Notes under the pieces: model-generated
The model's database searches: none
The model's input: only the letters and a program-made list of their open reading frames with translations
Told to the model about the DNA's origin: nothing
Assembly (NCBI GenBank): GCA_965153455.1
Contig: OZ234493.1
Coordinates: 24,604,213-24,668,212 of the forward strand
Direction of reading: 5' to 3'
Length of the DNA stretch: 64,000 nt
DNA from: Sphagnum compactum
Lineage: Eukaryota
Translations under genes and position numbers: made by a program
Shown: positions 22,929 to 36,055 of the stretch, piece by piece
How the letters are laid out: the number at the start of each line of letters is the position of its first letter
Position numbering within the stretch: the stretch's first letter is position 1

Positions 22929-25900
22929 CTAAAAGCCACAGATTGCGTTGCCTTCGTGGCTCAGAGTTGAAATGCCGCCCATGGGTTTGAGACAACTGGA
23001 CGGCCGCATCAATGCGGAAGCTGTTCCATAGGACGCGGAGCAGTAGGACGCAAGCGGCTGGCTGTTAGTGTGCACCAGGTTGATGTTGCTCATGACGACT
23101 TCTGAGCATGCGTGAGTGGTACTGCAGCTGAGATAGACTGGAACCGGCGAGATGGTGGTTCCTCTGATATTGGTGAAGGAAATGGAGCTCAATTGGACCG
23201 CATTGCTCTGCAACACATGATTCAACCACATCAGATCATCATCACAAATGCCCACATCGATCGATGCATGTTTGCATGCATGATCCTCTAAACCCTAAAT
23301 CCTCCAGTTGCTGGTAAAACACACTGCAGAAGTTCGCTTCTTCAAGAAGAAAAGATCCAGAAAACTAGAGCGCAGCAGCTAGTTAGCATTCGAACTAGTC
23401 GACTGCGAGATCAAAGCGGAAACTTGTTGCAGCTCAACAATTTTTCACTGGAGAGAATCAAAGATAGTGTTGCAGCAATTATCAGAGATGATCAGAGCAT
23501 GATCAGAGAATCAGAGGTGATGTTGCAGAGATGATCTGCTGTTGTTGCAGCATCCAACACTCACTTTGCCAGAACCGCCACCGTAAAATTGGTCGATATA
23601 GATGGGGTTTGCGGCGCCGACCATAGTCACGTTGTTGTACGAGATGCGCGTTGCTGCACCCATACCACCCTGCAGAGCCGGGAAAAAAAACAGAATCAAT
23701 CAAAGCGGTGATCAGGAGATCTTCACGTTGTCAAAGCTCAGAACTGTTCTATAGCATCAAACTGCAATTCCTGTTCAAGAAAAAAAAACCACGTACCGGA
23801 ATGGTCTTGATCCGGCAGCCGTTAGTCGTGCCGACGAACACAATGTTGAAGACTGAAATGTCCGTGACACAAGCGACGGAGTTCCCGCCTCCCAAGCTCC
23901 CGATGCTGCGAGACGAAACCCAAGTCGAAGAGATTCATTAGATGTTGGTATTCTCGATCACCCAACAACAGCTCTAGAATCACATGATCATGATGTCGAC
24001 AAGCTACCATGCATGATGATTCTGAACAAAAAGAAGGCCAGGAAGATTCAAGCTGGTGGGTATCCAAGGTTGTGGTGTGATCGATGCTCTCACCTGATGC
24101 CATGACCAGGTCCACAGATGGTGTCGTGAATAGAAACAGAAGATGTGCCGGTTCCTACCGAGACGCAGTCGTCACCTGCGGCCAGAACATTGCAGAATTT
24201 CTTCAAAGAACTGTACAAGACTTTTACTGTAGCTGCTAGCGGTCGACAATAGCAGCAGCACATAAGCTCTAGAACTATGTTTGTGATCTGTCGATGATCA
24301 TTGATCTTCTTGAGAAAGTCTGCAATTTTTGCTAGGAGCCTATAGAGAGGATCGATCGTTGATCAGCTGCTGCAGAACAAGAAGAAGCTTTGCTCCGGCG
24401 GTGCAATACCTGTGCCTATTTTGCAGTCTGCGACTTCGAAGTTTGATGTTGCGGTTTGGAAATGGATGCCGTCGGTGTTGGGAGTGTTGGCGGGAGCTGA
24501 GATTGTTACTCCTTTGATGAGACCGCCATTGCAGTTATTGAACTTGAGATGCACCATAGGCGAGTTCCGGATCGTGATGCCCAGCACTTGCACGTTTGTC
24601 GCGCGAAGAAACCGGATAGCCTGCAGCATTGTACAACAACAAGCAAACAAGCGCGTACACAGTTGCAGCTGCATTCAGTACTAGCTAGTGTAATTTCTGC
24701 GTCCGATTCTCCAGACAAATGCACACTAGAAAATGTTGTGAATCAAGCTGAGGAAACAAAGTTCTTGGAGTGCGAGCTGAAGAGGGGAAAAGGAAAACCA
24801 GAGAAATTCTTGAGAACTTTGACAATCTCGGCCGGCATTCTGATCTACTCAATTCTTGTCTGATCATGCCTGCAGATCCAGAGCTGCTCAAGCGACACAA
24901 CCACAAACTGTACTCACCATGGGACGGGATGATCCTCCCTTCGCCCAAAAAGCGGCACCGCTGCCGTCGAAGATGCCTTTACCCTGTAACGTGAAATGCG
25001 TACAATCTGTGAACTGAATCCAATGAGCACTAGCACCTGAAGTTTTCCATGCGCTTGGACTCTTGGGCGCGACAACAAGTCCGTCAACCTGCATGCGTTG
25101 TCCAAAAAAACCCACATGATGATCAGATCTGCTTTGAACAAAAGAGACACACAAGAACTTTCAAACTGCAAGCTGATTCTTTGAAGCAAATCTTTCTCTT
25201 TGAAGCTGGCAGCTTGGAGCCCTACTTCGATCGATCAAAGTGTGCGAAATGGATGCTGATGATCTAGCCCAAAGTTCTAGGGCTCCAGGAGGATTGTTTT
25301 CTAACCTCCAGAATGAGTGTGGCGGAACAACCAGCTCCGGAGAAGTCCGTGGGAGACCCCAGAAGATATGTGAATCCCGCAGGGACAAGGATTGTTGCTG
25401 TTCCTGTGGAATGACAAGCGGCTGCCCACGCACTCAAAAATGCCTGCCAAAATTCAAAACAGTGTGCAAATCTGTGAAAGAATGTTTTTTTTGGCAAAAT
25501 TCTTCTCGGAGAGCAGCTCTACGGCTCTCAAGAAAATTCTACAATACGACATGGGTACTTCATCAAGAAAATTCCACAGTGTCGATGTATGATGATCTAG
25601 AGATTCAATCAGAACAGCAGCCATGAATCCCATAATTGAAGGTTGAACAATGCAGACACATGAGCTTACGCACCGGCGAGTCGCTGCGGACTCCATTGCC
25701 GTTCGCACCGAAGGCACGCACATTATATACCTTCCCCGACCCATAACTGCTTGCAGGAGGAATCCATGGAGCTTTGGTAGGAGCTTTGGAAGGAGCTTTG
25801 GTAGGAGGCGCCTTTTTGGTTTTCTTGGTAGTCTTGGCAAAGTGTGTAGACGACGTTGTTTTCTTCTTGCTCGTCGTTGTCTTAGCTTCGATGTGTTGGA

Positions 25901-26150
25901 CGACGCACAAAACCACCCAAATGCACACCAAGAGTCTCAAGCAATAGTGAAAGTCTGATCCACGACGTACAGATCTACAACTACTACTGCGAGGTCCACC
26001 TGCTGCTGCTGCAAATCCTCGACTACCTGCAGCTGCTCTTCCTTGCGCTGTAGATGAAGTCTCGCAATTGGTATGCCCAGTTACAGCAGCAGCAGCAGCA
26101 GCAGCAGCCATTGCAGCAACCGTGGACGTTGACATGCTTGGATTCATCAT
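22929..26150 (-). CDS. Polygalacturonase (glycoside hydrolase family 28), about 523 aa, 8 exons
   Basis: Exons 26150-25674, 25443-25306, 25088-24918, 24620-24410, 24175-24094, 23905-23797, 23669-23565 and 23207-22929. All introns are GT-AG and in phase (1572 nt). All four GH28 motifs are present: PNTDG, GDDC, CGPGHG and RIKT. The domain starts [23 protein letters not shown]. Confidence 0.95.
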
Positions 26151-26767
26151 CACGCAGCTACAGATTCAAGAGAATTTTCTCTTCGCAAATAGGTAAAATA
26201 GATTGTGATCAACTGTGCACTTGTACTACGATTTCCTCGTCATGATCTTCAAAAGCAAAATTGATCACGAGTGCAACACAAAAGCTGCAGCTTCAGATCG
26301 TGTCTCTCGCTCTCTTGTGCCCGCAAGCGGAGCTCTGTCTCTCTCCTTCGCTAGCTCGCTCTCATTGGCTTGCTGTAAATCTGGCTGGACCTTCCGCCAT
26401 CTCTTTGTTTTCTAAAACTATCGCCAAATTTGGATAGCGCTTGGCGTCTTGAGACCGTGACTAATTGCAGACATCGAGGCGAGTATTGGAGGCCCACAGT
26501 CTCTTATTTAGGCAAGCCGCCAAATTAAGAGCCGGTTTTGTATATATACCCTTTGGGCTTGTACGCCCGGCGCGGTCCGTATCAATCGCCAGGCGGGCGG
26601 AGTAGGGCGAGGCAGCGGGCTGCCCTATTTTTGAGTCTTTATTAGCGCGCTTTGCTGTTTTTCTGGGCTTTTTTTTTTTTCGAATTTTAAATTTGGGATT
26701 CTAATTTCGGGTGTATTAACCTTTTTTTTAAAAAAATTGTAGAAGGCGTATTCACTGGTGAGTTAGC

Positions 26768-26800
<33 letters not shown>

Positions 26801-29800
26801 CCTTGGGGCAAATTTTCGCTTTTTTTTCTTTTCTACTTGACAAACTATGATTCGGGGACTACTAAAAGGATTTTTGTGGAAAAAAATGGCTCTAATTATG
26901 CTGGATTTCCAAAATAAATAAATTTAATTACCAGATTTCTATAACAGGCTCCAGCAAGTAGCCAAAATATAAAAAAAGATTCTTAATGATTCTCTTCATT
27001 TTCATATCTGGTCTGTAGCCAAATTTGGCTAAATCTTCTTATTGATGAATATCACCAGTTTGGCTACATCACGAAATGGAACCCCAAAAACAAAAACCGG
27101 TCCATAGATTGGGTGCTTTTATTTCTGGTCAAATTTCCACCTCAATTTTTTTTAAAGGAATATTTTGTCACAAATCTTTTTTTCTGGCAAAACAATCTCC
27201 AAATTTTCAAAAGAGATTTATTTTTTGAGGAAAATGTTGTCACATTTTAAGACACTTTATATAGTTCTGGGGCAAAAGAATTTTGGTCCATTTTCTTCAA
27301 AAACTTATGAGAAAAAATATTGACCCTAAGTCTTGTTTGGGATGATTGCCAACAATTCTACATTAGAAAAACAAATCCTCGGGTTGGGAGGAATTAATTA
27401 ATTATTGAAAGAAGAGGAGAGATCTTGCCATAGGAGCGAAAACGATATCCACATGGCCACAAGAAAGGGTGCACACGAATATGGATTTGGCTAATTATTT
27501 ATTCACAAGTGCCATTAGTGTGGTAACTTAAGGAACATGGTGCCGGCTAGAATTTTCCAACTTGGCAAAAAACATGAAATGATAAAAATCTTAAAGTACT
27601 TTACTTGGCCAAAAAGGAAACCAAACACAAAAAACTTCCTCCAATTTGCACAACCATTCATTCGTTGCCATTTGGAACCCGTAATCTATCGAAATTTGAC
27701 AATTGTCATCACTTGTGTGGTCACTCGTGATCTTAGTTGGTTGCTTCATTCAAGGGTTTAAGGGTTTTTTTTTACACATTTGGTTTTCTTTGCATAGATT
27801 TACTTCATTTCTAGTTCTTCATCCATTGGACAAATCAATGAACCTTGAATTTGTGTCCTTTCACAAGTTGTGTGTGCATGTAGGATATGTACAAACCTTG
27901 AAAGGATCCAAGTGTTTGTATATGGTAGCTTTGTGTTGCACAACGTGCTCATGATTTAGAATGATAGATTCCATTTTGGCAAGATGTTAGATATTTCATA
28001 TGAACCTTTTTGGGGATAATACATGCCAATGTAAACTACATGAGACATTTTGATTGTAAGTGCACAAATTGCAAATGTAGTTACATTGGGAACTATGTGA
28101 TAGCACCATATAAGAAGTGTCATTGTGTAAAGAGAAAGGATTTATTTACAATTAATGTAGGGGGTTCAGAAGTGACATTGTATTATGAATTTTGTCAAAG
28201 ATTTGTGTGTTGACCAACTAAACTTTTTTTATGTACTATAAATTTGTTGGTTCATGTTGCATTAGTGTTAGACAATAGTGTGGGTTTATTATGTGCTGAA
28301 CTTCAAGCCTTGAAGTAGTTATGAATTGTGAAAATTGAATTAGGCAAGTCTTGCAATATTAGTAAAGAAATTCTTCAGCTGAAACATTGGGATATATAAA
28401 AGAATTTGAACATAAAATTGATATATTTTAGAAATAGCCAATTGCTTCATCAATTAAGTTCAATGGCATTTTCAAAATCATTAGCCTTTTGAATAAAATC
28501 TTAAAATTTTGGTCATGTCATTGTAATGGTTCAAAACTTTTTTAATTTCTAGAAAAAAATCATGAACACAATGGATCTCCATTAATATTTGAAACGTTTT
28601 AATTTTCAATCATTTCATAAACAATATAAATTTGATGAAAGACTTCAACACAAATGTTTAATGAATACTTAAGGAATTAGATGTGATAATAAAGATCATT
28701 GCATTTTTTAGGGCACCAAACAATTATATAATTAATTCTGCATTTAAATGTTATTTTTGGACTTAATTCAACTTGTTGGGTGGCCACAAACCCTTATGAT
28801 AGACACCACATACTTATGAATTTTCACAACTTTTAGACACAATTGTAATTTTCCCCCTTCCTTTTGAGGTTACTTATTCCACATCCTAATCTTAATCCAC
28901 ATTTTAAGCATTTGCCTGGCTAGTCATAATGGGCTTAAGCACTATCAACTACCACTTAACTCAAGGTAGTTTAGAAGCCTAGGGTTATTTGGTGTGAATG
29001 TTGGTAGTTTATATTATCATATGCATTTTCTCACATTTGTAGCTTGTGTTAAATGTTCCTTAGACCTAGTAATCATTTTCACTAAATTGTTGCAGATATT
29101 ATTACGTTTGCCTTTCCACATAATTATTACATTGTGATAATTGTAATTTAAAAATTATTACCTACAATAGTCTAGAATAACTCAAGGAGCATATTTAATA
29201 AAAAACAATGCATAATATATTAACAAAAGACCTTAGATTTTGTAATGCAACATTCACCTATATTTTGTCACATGCTTTCACCTTATTAGTTGAAGTTTCT
29301 TCATACATAATATTGCGCCTATATGTTATCCCATTCATTTTGTGATAATGTGCATTATAGGTTATAACCTTTAAATGTTGCTATGATTCTTCTTGCAAAA
29401 TACATAATCTACACAATTGGTCACTCTTGATTTTGGAAAACTAAAACAACTTTTCAAGTGTTTGACTAAAGCCTTGTTGATAATCATGCCAAATACTAAT
29501 TTTATCAAAAATTGTCACCATTTAAAGATTTTTCCAAATCTCTTAAAGTGAAAACACGGTTGAAGGAGTTAAGGCGCCAAGGTAAAAGTCCATTTCTAAG
29601 GACTACACATGAGACATGTCATTTTTATGTTGATTTATAATTTTATAATTTATATTTCAAGTACCCTTATAACACTGCATTTTAGATATAAATATATTTT
29701 GATAAGAAATTGATTTTATATCATGTATATTATACATTCATACCCTTTATCACATAAACATGAACAACTTTTTTTAAAAGCACATTTTCAAAATCCATAA

Positions 29801-32800
29801 TTTTCAAAGTCTAAAGCGTTTTTGAACCAAATGTGCTCAAATTGGTTCTTAAAAAATTTATCAGTTCAAGTCCTTTTGCCCTTCTAATTACCAATGTTAA
29901 AATCCTTTTCAATATTTAAAAGGAAAAGGATATACGTAATTAACCCTCTTTGCCTTCCCTTTCCATTCATCATGCAATGTGGAAGAAGAGTTTAAAAAAA
30001 AGATTTTCAATTCACAAAAATGTTAGGTATCAAAATGATGAAACTGTAGAAAACACATTTTGTTGATTGTTTGTAAGCATGACACAAATCCATGAAGTAG
30101 TGGAAAACAAATATTTCAACATGTATATGTAGTTTCTCTTGGCATCATTATCTCCAATAACATAGTCAAAAAATGGTGAATTCAATCACTTTTTTATTAC
30201 CATTTCAAATGGGCATAATTTCAAGTAGAACACATGTTTAAGAAGATGATGATGTTATGTATAACAAATTTGTGAACCCAAGTCCCAAACAAACTTGAAC
30301 TACATAGCATTTCTCTAGAAGCAAAAATTGTTTTTTGCAATATATTAATATTTTGCATGATGTAAATTGAGCATATAATTCCCCTTAAAATCGGAGGATG
30401 CATTTGCTTAACAAGTGGTCCCTATCTCTCCCTATCTCTTGCTTGGATTATTACTAAGAAATTATGATTGTGTTAGGCAAAAAATTTATTGAACTAAATT
30501 GAATCAAACAAAGTTTATAAACAGCTCGAATATTCACTAGTTGCATGTTAATTATCTAATGCAATTTTACCTTAAGATTGAAACATGACATAAAATCCTC
30601 TTTTTTTTCCTACCTTTAGATTCATGAATTATTAGTGATTTCTAAAACCGTGATCTAGAAAATTCAAACAAATTTTTTTGAGATTCTCACTTTATTCATT
30701 TTTTTTCTCAACTTTATTAAAATTATTCTCCATTGAGTTTTCAGTGCACTTCTCTTTGTTAATCAAATATGGCAATTTTTGGAAACCCCTTTACAAAGGG
30801 ATGATAACACGTGACCTTAATTTGCCAATTCAACTTCACAACTCTAAACTACAACCAAATTCTATCCAACTTACAAGAGTAAATGCAGGCTTAATAACTA
30901 GCTTAGATACCTTCTACACATGCAAATCAATGAAGGCCATTTCTATAACTTGCGTAATCTAAACATGAAAATCGTGAATCATCCTTCAAAAAATTTGGAA
31001 CCAATGGTGCAAGTTGTAAGCATGATTAATGATAAGTTTGTTGTTCCTTTGGTCCTCTATCCATGGCATTTCTCTATAGCAAGAAATCATTCTATTTCTT
31101 ACACATTGCATGTGTGGTTGCTTTTGCAAGTTGTAGCAAGTATTAGTGTTATTGTGATTGTTCACCAAAATGACACCAACTTTCGACATCATGTCATCTT
31201 TATATGATTGCTCTAAACACATGATGAGTTTTTCATCGAAGACATTTGAAAATTCACAAAAGATTAACAATATCAATTTTGAAAAATGAATTTGACATTT
31301 GAAGATTCACAAGAGATTAATAGTATCAATTGTGAAAAATGATGAAATTCATGCCCTTGAAACTTGTTGCCGAATAAATAGATCGATTGAGGAACCTTGT
31401 GATTGTTGATGTCGATCTTAGGCAATGCCCAAAGGGCCCACGCTAATTCTTTCAAACTTATTTGGGAACCTTTCAAATATGTTTGAGAATTTTCTTTTTT
31501 ACACACAAATACCCACAATGTGATAAACTTTGAAAAAAGTGAAAAAAGTGAGTGTGTGTATATATATCTGAACATACTTATATTCTGTAAAAAGGGTAAA
31601 TGATTGTCCTTTGCCCTTACCCATACTAAAGAAATTGAATAACCCATCCCTTACTTGGCTGATATATGTATTTAGAAATGTTCATATACCCTTACTTGAC
31701 TGATATATTAAAATCAATATACCCACCCAACACCAGTTGATTCATAGGAGAAAGGGGGGGGGGGGGGGGGGTATGTATGTGGACATTTGTTTTTGTTTAA
31801 AAAGATTTACAATGATGAACTCAAATCCATATAACAAAAAAATTCTCTCCTTACAAACATGCTCACATGCTGGCCCCAATGTTTTTTTTCTCAATTTTCT
31901 GATGTTGCTCAAGTGGCAATAGTCCATAAGTATATATAGCCAAATTTGGCAATATTGAAAATATACAAGTATAAAATCTTAAGCACCCTTTCATACTATA
32001 GGCCATTGTGATGATTTTTGAGGAATTTTTTGAACTTTTTTCTAATTTTCAGCTGTTTTTTTATAAAACAGGGGATTTGTTACAGAATTTCTTTTGGAAA
32101 ATATTTTTCACAAAATGGTGAAAATTCGGCACCAAAAAAAAAATCACCGGCTTAGCCTCCTCCCTTTCCTTTGGAATGGGTCAATAGTCATTTATTTGTA
32201 ACTCAACCTAATTCCCCTTTTAACCTCCCTTTCTTTTGAAAACGGTGGACATCTCCCTCCCTATGGTTAATTTATAGGTTATAAATGGTTAAATTGAAAG
32301 TATAAATGTAAGGTAATATGGTACTTTGTCTACAGGTATGCCACCTTGTATGTGGGGAAAATCAATAAAAGTTTTAAAATTGGCATTGCAAAATATAAGC
32401 ACATGACATTCAAAACATCAAGTATGCAAAATTAACAAAGATAAAAAGAAGCCTTATTAGCACTTTGGGTTTTTTTCCCATTCTTTTTATATTGAAAATT
32501 TAAAGAAATTTTCCAAATATTTAGCAAAATTAGTCAAATTTACACTTTAAGAACACAATTTTCCAAAAAATCCCAATTTGGAGTTTTCTAAATGGTTATA
32601 TGTTTTTCAGAAAAAATTACTGATTGGCACCTTTAGTAATATATTTAAGCTATTTATATAATGGCAAATGATAACACAACTCCAACTATAAAAGTTAACA
32701 AGCTTACTCAAAGTCCAAAACAGACTGCAAAAATACTTGCAAGTCATCCACCATAGTTCAAACAAATCCGTCATAATTCAGCACCTTCAAAGCTACACAA

Positions 32801-34257
32801 TGACTTTGCATTTACCCACTTTTTATTTGCCTCCAAACTATCATGCACCTTGGGTAAAGTAAACCTCAACTACATACTAGTTAACTAGGGTAAAATTAGG
32901 GCAAGTCTGAAGTATGTGTCCAATCATGTAGAGTAATTTAAAGGTGTATGAGAAATCTGCATCAACCAGGCAGGGTATTTTTGTGGGCCCAAAAGGGTAA
33001 TATATAGCCCAGTAAAAGACTTACCCACCCAACAATGGTCACAAAGTCACAACCTCAATGTCAGTTATAGCCTTAACATAGTCTAGCTCTTTGTTTCACT
33101 ATCTTGATCTAGTGTTGGAACTCATCTGTTTTAAGGGGGAAAGATCCCCCAATTCATGGAAACCAAAGTAATGGGAGAGAACCTAAAAATGGGTTTGTAT
33201 TAAACATGGATGCTCCCCTACAAGAAATAATATATAAATCCTCTTAAGTAAAGTTTCCATACCCTACTCTTGCTATTTCTTGAGGAAAGAAAATCTCTCG
33301 GAATTTCATCATGGATTTGGGAACCAATTTGGTGAAAAATGACCAATTTACCTTACAACATCTTGATTTGCATCTGTGGATTCTTTGTGTTTACATGTCC
33401 ATCTAGATCGTAACATGCGCTTGTCACAATTCGCTTTCTTGTGGGTCGGCAACATACTTGGTAGAGAGAATGAAGTCTTGAGCTTCTTTGCAAAATGATG
33501 TTGGCTGGGCTATATGCACATAATTGAGGATGGTCATTGTGTGTTGTTGTGCAAATGCTCACCCACCCGAAGTCTCATATAACTTATCTCTTGGGTGGTA
33601 CTAGCTCTAGTGATCCAAGTTATGAATTAATCTAGAGATTTGGATTCAACATTCATAATGCAAACAGAAGTAAACTTTAAGTCAGTGAAAAGGATAAAGG
33701 AGATTCACCAAAATCAAACCGCAAAAGTTCATAAGGGGGTGTTTAACATCCTCCTCCTCTGGAAGTAAGTAAGTTGTTGCTCAAAGGAGACAGCAAAAAG
33801 GCTCACAGCACACACCTCCAGCTAACAAAATGTTATGTATGTGGCAGACAGACATTATGGGCCAAGAAGAGAGCCAGATTTATCCACAGTGATGGTGCCT
33901 GAAAAACCATTAGCTAAAGTTGGGAAGCTTGTGGAGAACTAGCCAGATATGTAAGCAAATAACAGCAAGGCACTTCAGCAAAAAATGGCAGGGGTGTGGG
34001 GGGTGGGTGGGGGGTAGCGCCAATTAAACTTGGGGGTTGCACATGGAGGACGCTTTTAGAGCTCTAGATTGTTCTATGCCCTTTCAAAAATTGGTCCGAA
34101 TTGTAGAACCTTGTTGCTGCTGTAGACAACAACTCTAGTATAGTAGATGGGTCTAACTTTCAACCTTTGGCATTTTCAAGGAGGGTACCAAAAAAATCAC
34201 AGAAGTGTAAAAAAATATACACTTCTCTCCTCTAAACCATAAACCCTAAATCCCCAA

Positions 34258-34260
<3 letters not shown>

Positions 34261-34330
<70 letters not shown>
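34261..34330. repeat. Compound microsatellite (TC)n(TA)9(GA)10
   Basis: Read directly; 34273-34330 is a perfect 58-bp palindrome. Confidence 0.95.
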
Positions 34331-36055
34331 TATTCTTGCTGCATGTAGATGAAAGGTGATCCATGTCCATTCTGTGTGCAGGTGAATCATGATGATGTGT
34401 ATTCAGATACATTCTGTGATGCATCCACATCCTAAGGATGTATGTAAAGTACCCTGGTTATCGTCCAGTAACCGGCTCCAGGCTGCTGGTTACCAGAAAT
34501 AGCCTCAGCCCTCTCATGCCAAATACACTTCTGCTTAAACCCCAACACTAATTAACTATAAACCAACCAATTTTCCTTACCTCAAACATCATGTCATACT
34601 TAGTATGAGAGTCACAGTTTAATATTCAAATAACATGATATTCAAGCTGAGACTTCTGAAATCTGGAGTCTGGATCCCATCTCCTTCAATATTAAATTAT
34701 TCAAAACAAAAGTGTCAATTATTGATGGAAGACAGAGTTCAAAATGCGCCTCGTGCTAGAAGAGATGGCAACAATCTTAATTTTAAAAATCAAGTTGCAG
34801 AATTTCAATCTTGATTCTTTTTTACTTCAATCTTGATTCAGAAAAGAAGACCTTATTGAAGTTGTTTGCCTGGCTCTAATCATCAGATTTGTTGTCCATT
34901 TGTAACACTAACTACTTTGTGCTGTATCTGTAATATCTTCCTTACTTTACATCCGGGGCAGCCTTTTCTGTCAGAGTTGGATCATCCACCCTGGGTGCAG
35001 CCTGCCTCGTACACACATACCTTGGTCATGTCTGTGCACATGGATTTTACTTCTGCACAAATGTGACTTTTTGTGGCAACACATTCTCCTTCTCAACTGT
35101 GATTTGGGTGGTTGTCCTGTTACAGGACGCCACAAAAAGCCACTGGGCCTCTGTGTAGGTCATAACCATTTCCTGTTGACAGATCAGGACAACAGGAGTA
35201 TAGCTTAGAACTGCAAGAACACAAGGGAGGAGCTCATCATGACACTAAGGAAAAGGGAAACTCTAAAGGATATCACCTGTGATGTCTATTATGTCTTTGG
35301 TTGAGAACTACACACACACCCACACACAGTCTCACCATGGGGTGAGATTCTGAAGTGGTTGTTGTGCAAAGAATATCACAGAAAAAAGAAACAACTAATC
35401 ACTGAAGAACAGAGAATATTTTATTTTATTGTTTTGAATAGAAACTTTGAAGAGTAACTTTTTTTGTTCAGCAGACTAATCAGGCTCATCTATTAGAACT
35501 AAAAAAGACCCTGGAACATTGGAATCCACTTGAGGCATATGAATCATGTTAATACCTGCATATTCTGGCTTAGACAGCTTGTCAAATATGTCAACATTTC
35601 CATATTTGGAATCATGGGATAAATCCAAGAAACTGCAAGAGAAGCAAGTAGAAATATGATCAAGCCCACAAGATGATTCAGGGTATCAGTCACTCCCAAT
35701 AGAGTCTTTGTCTCAATACAAGAAGTCAGCACAACAATTTACACCCCTTGGTATTTCAACTCCAAGCCAGTTTGCTGCAACATATGAGAGTAATCTGTTC
35801 AGCAGCCATGTGGGGAATCAGGGATTAAACACTTTCAGGTTTGATGTAGCACATGAAAATGATTGAGATTTGCTAGCACACAGCTAATCTTAAACCACCA
35901 AATACAACATTTCTCTGTGTTTGGGAGAGTTGAAGTCCAGTCTGCATCAACAAAATGCCTGAAAGACTGCTCACATACACAAGTTCCCACTGAGATAAGT
36001 ATCTCACCTGTTGCCTGAGGCACAAATAAATCGACATAGAGAACTGAGATTGATG

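Noticed and set aside
33130..33600. Protein-like minus-strand fragments (CKVNWSFFTKLVPKSMMKFREIFFPQ)
   Set aside because: Multiple stops and no recognisable family; probably old TE debris, too weak to call.
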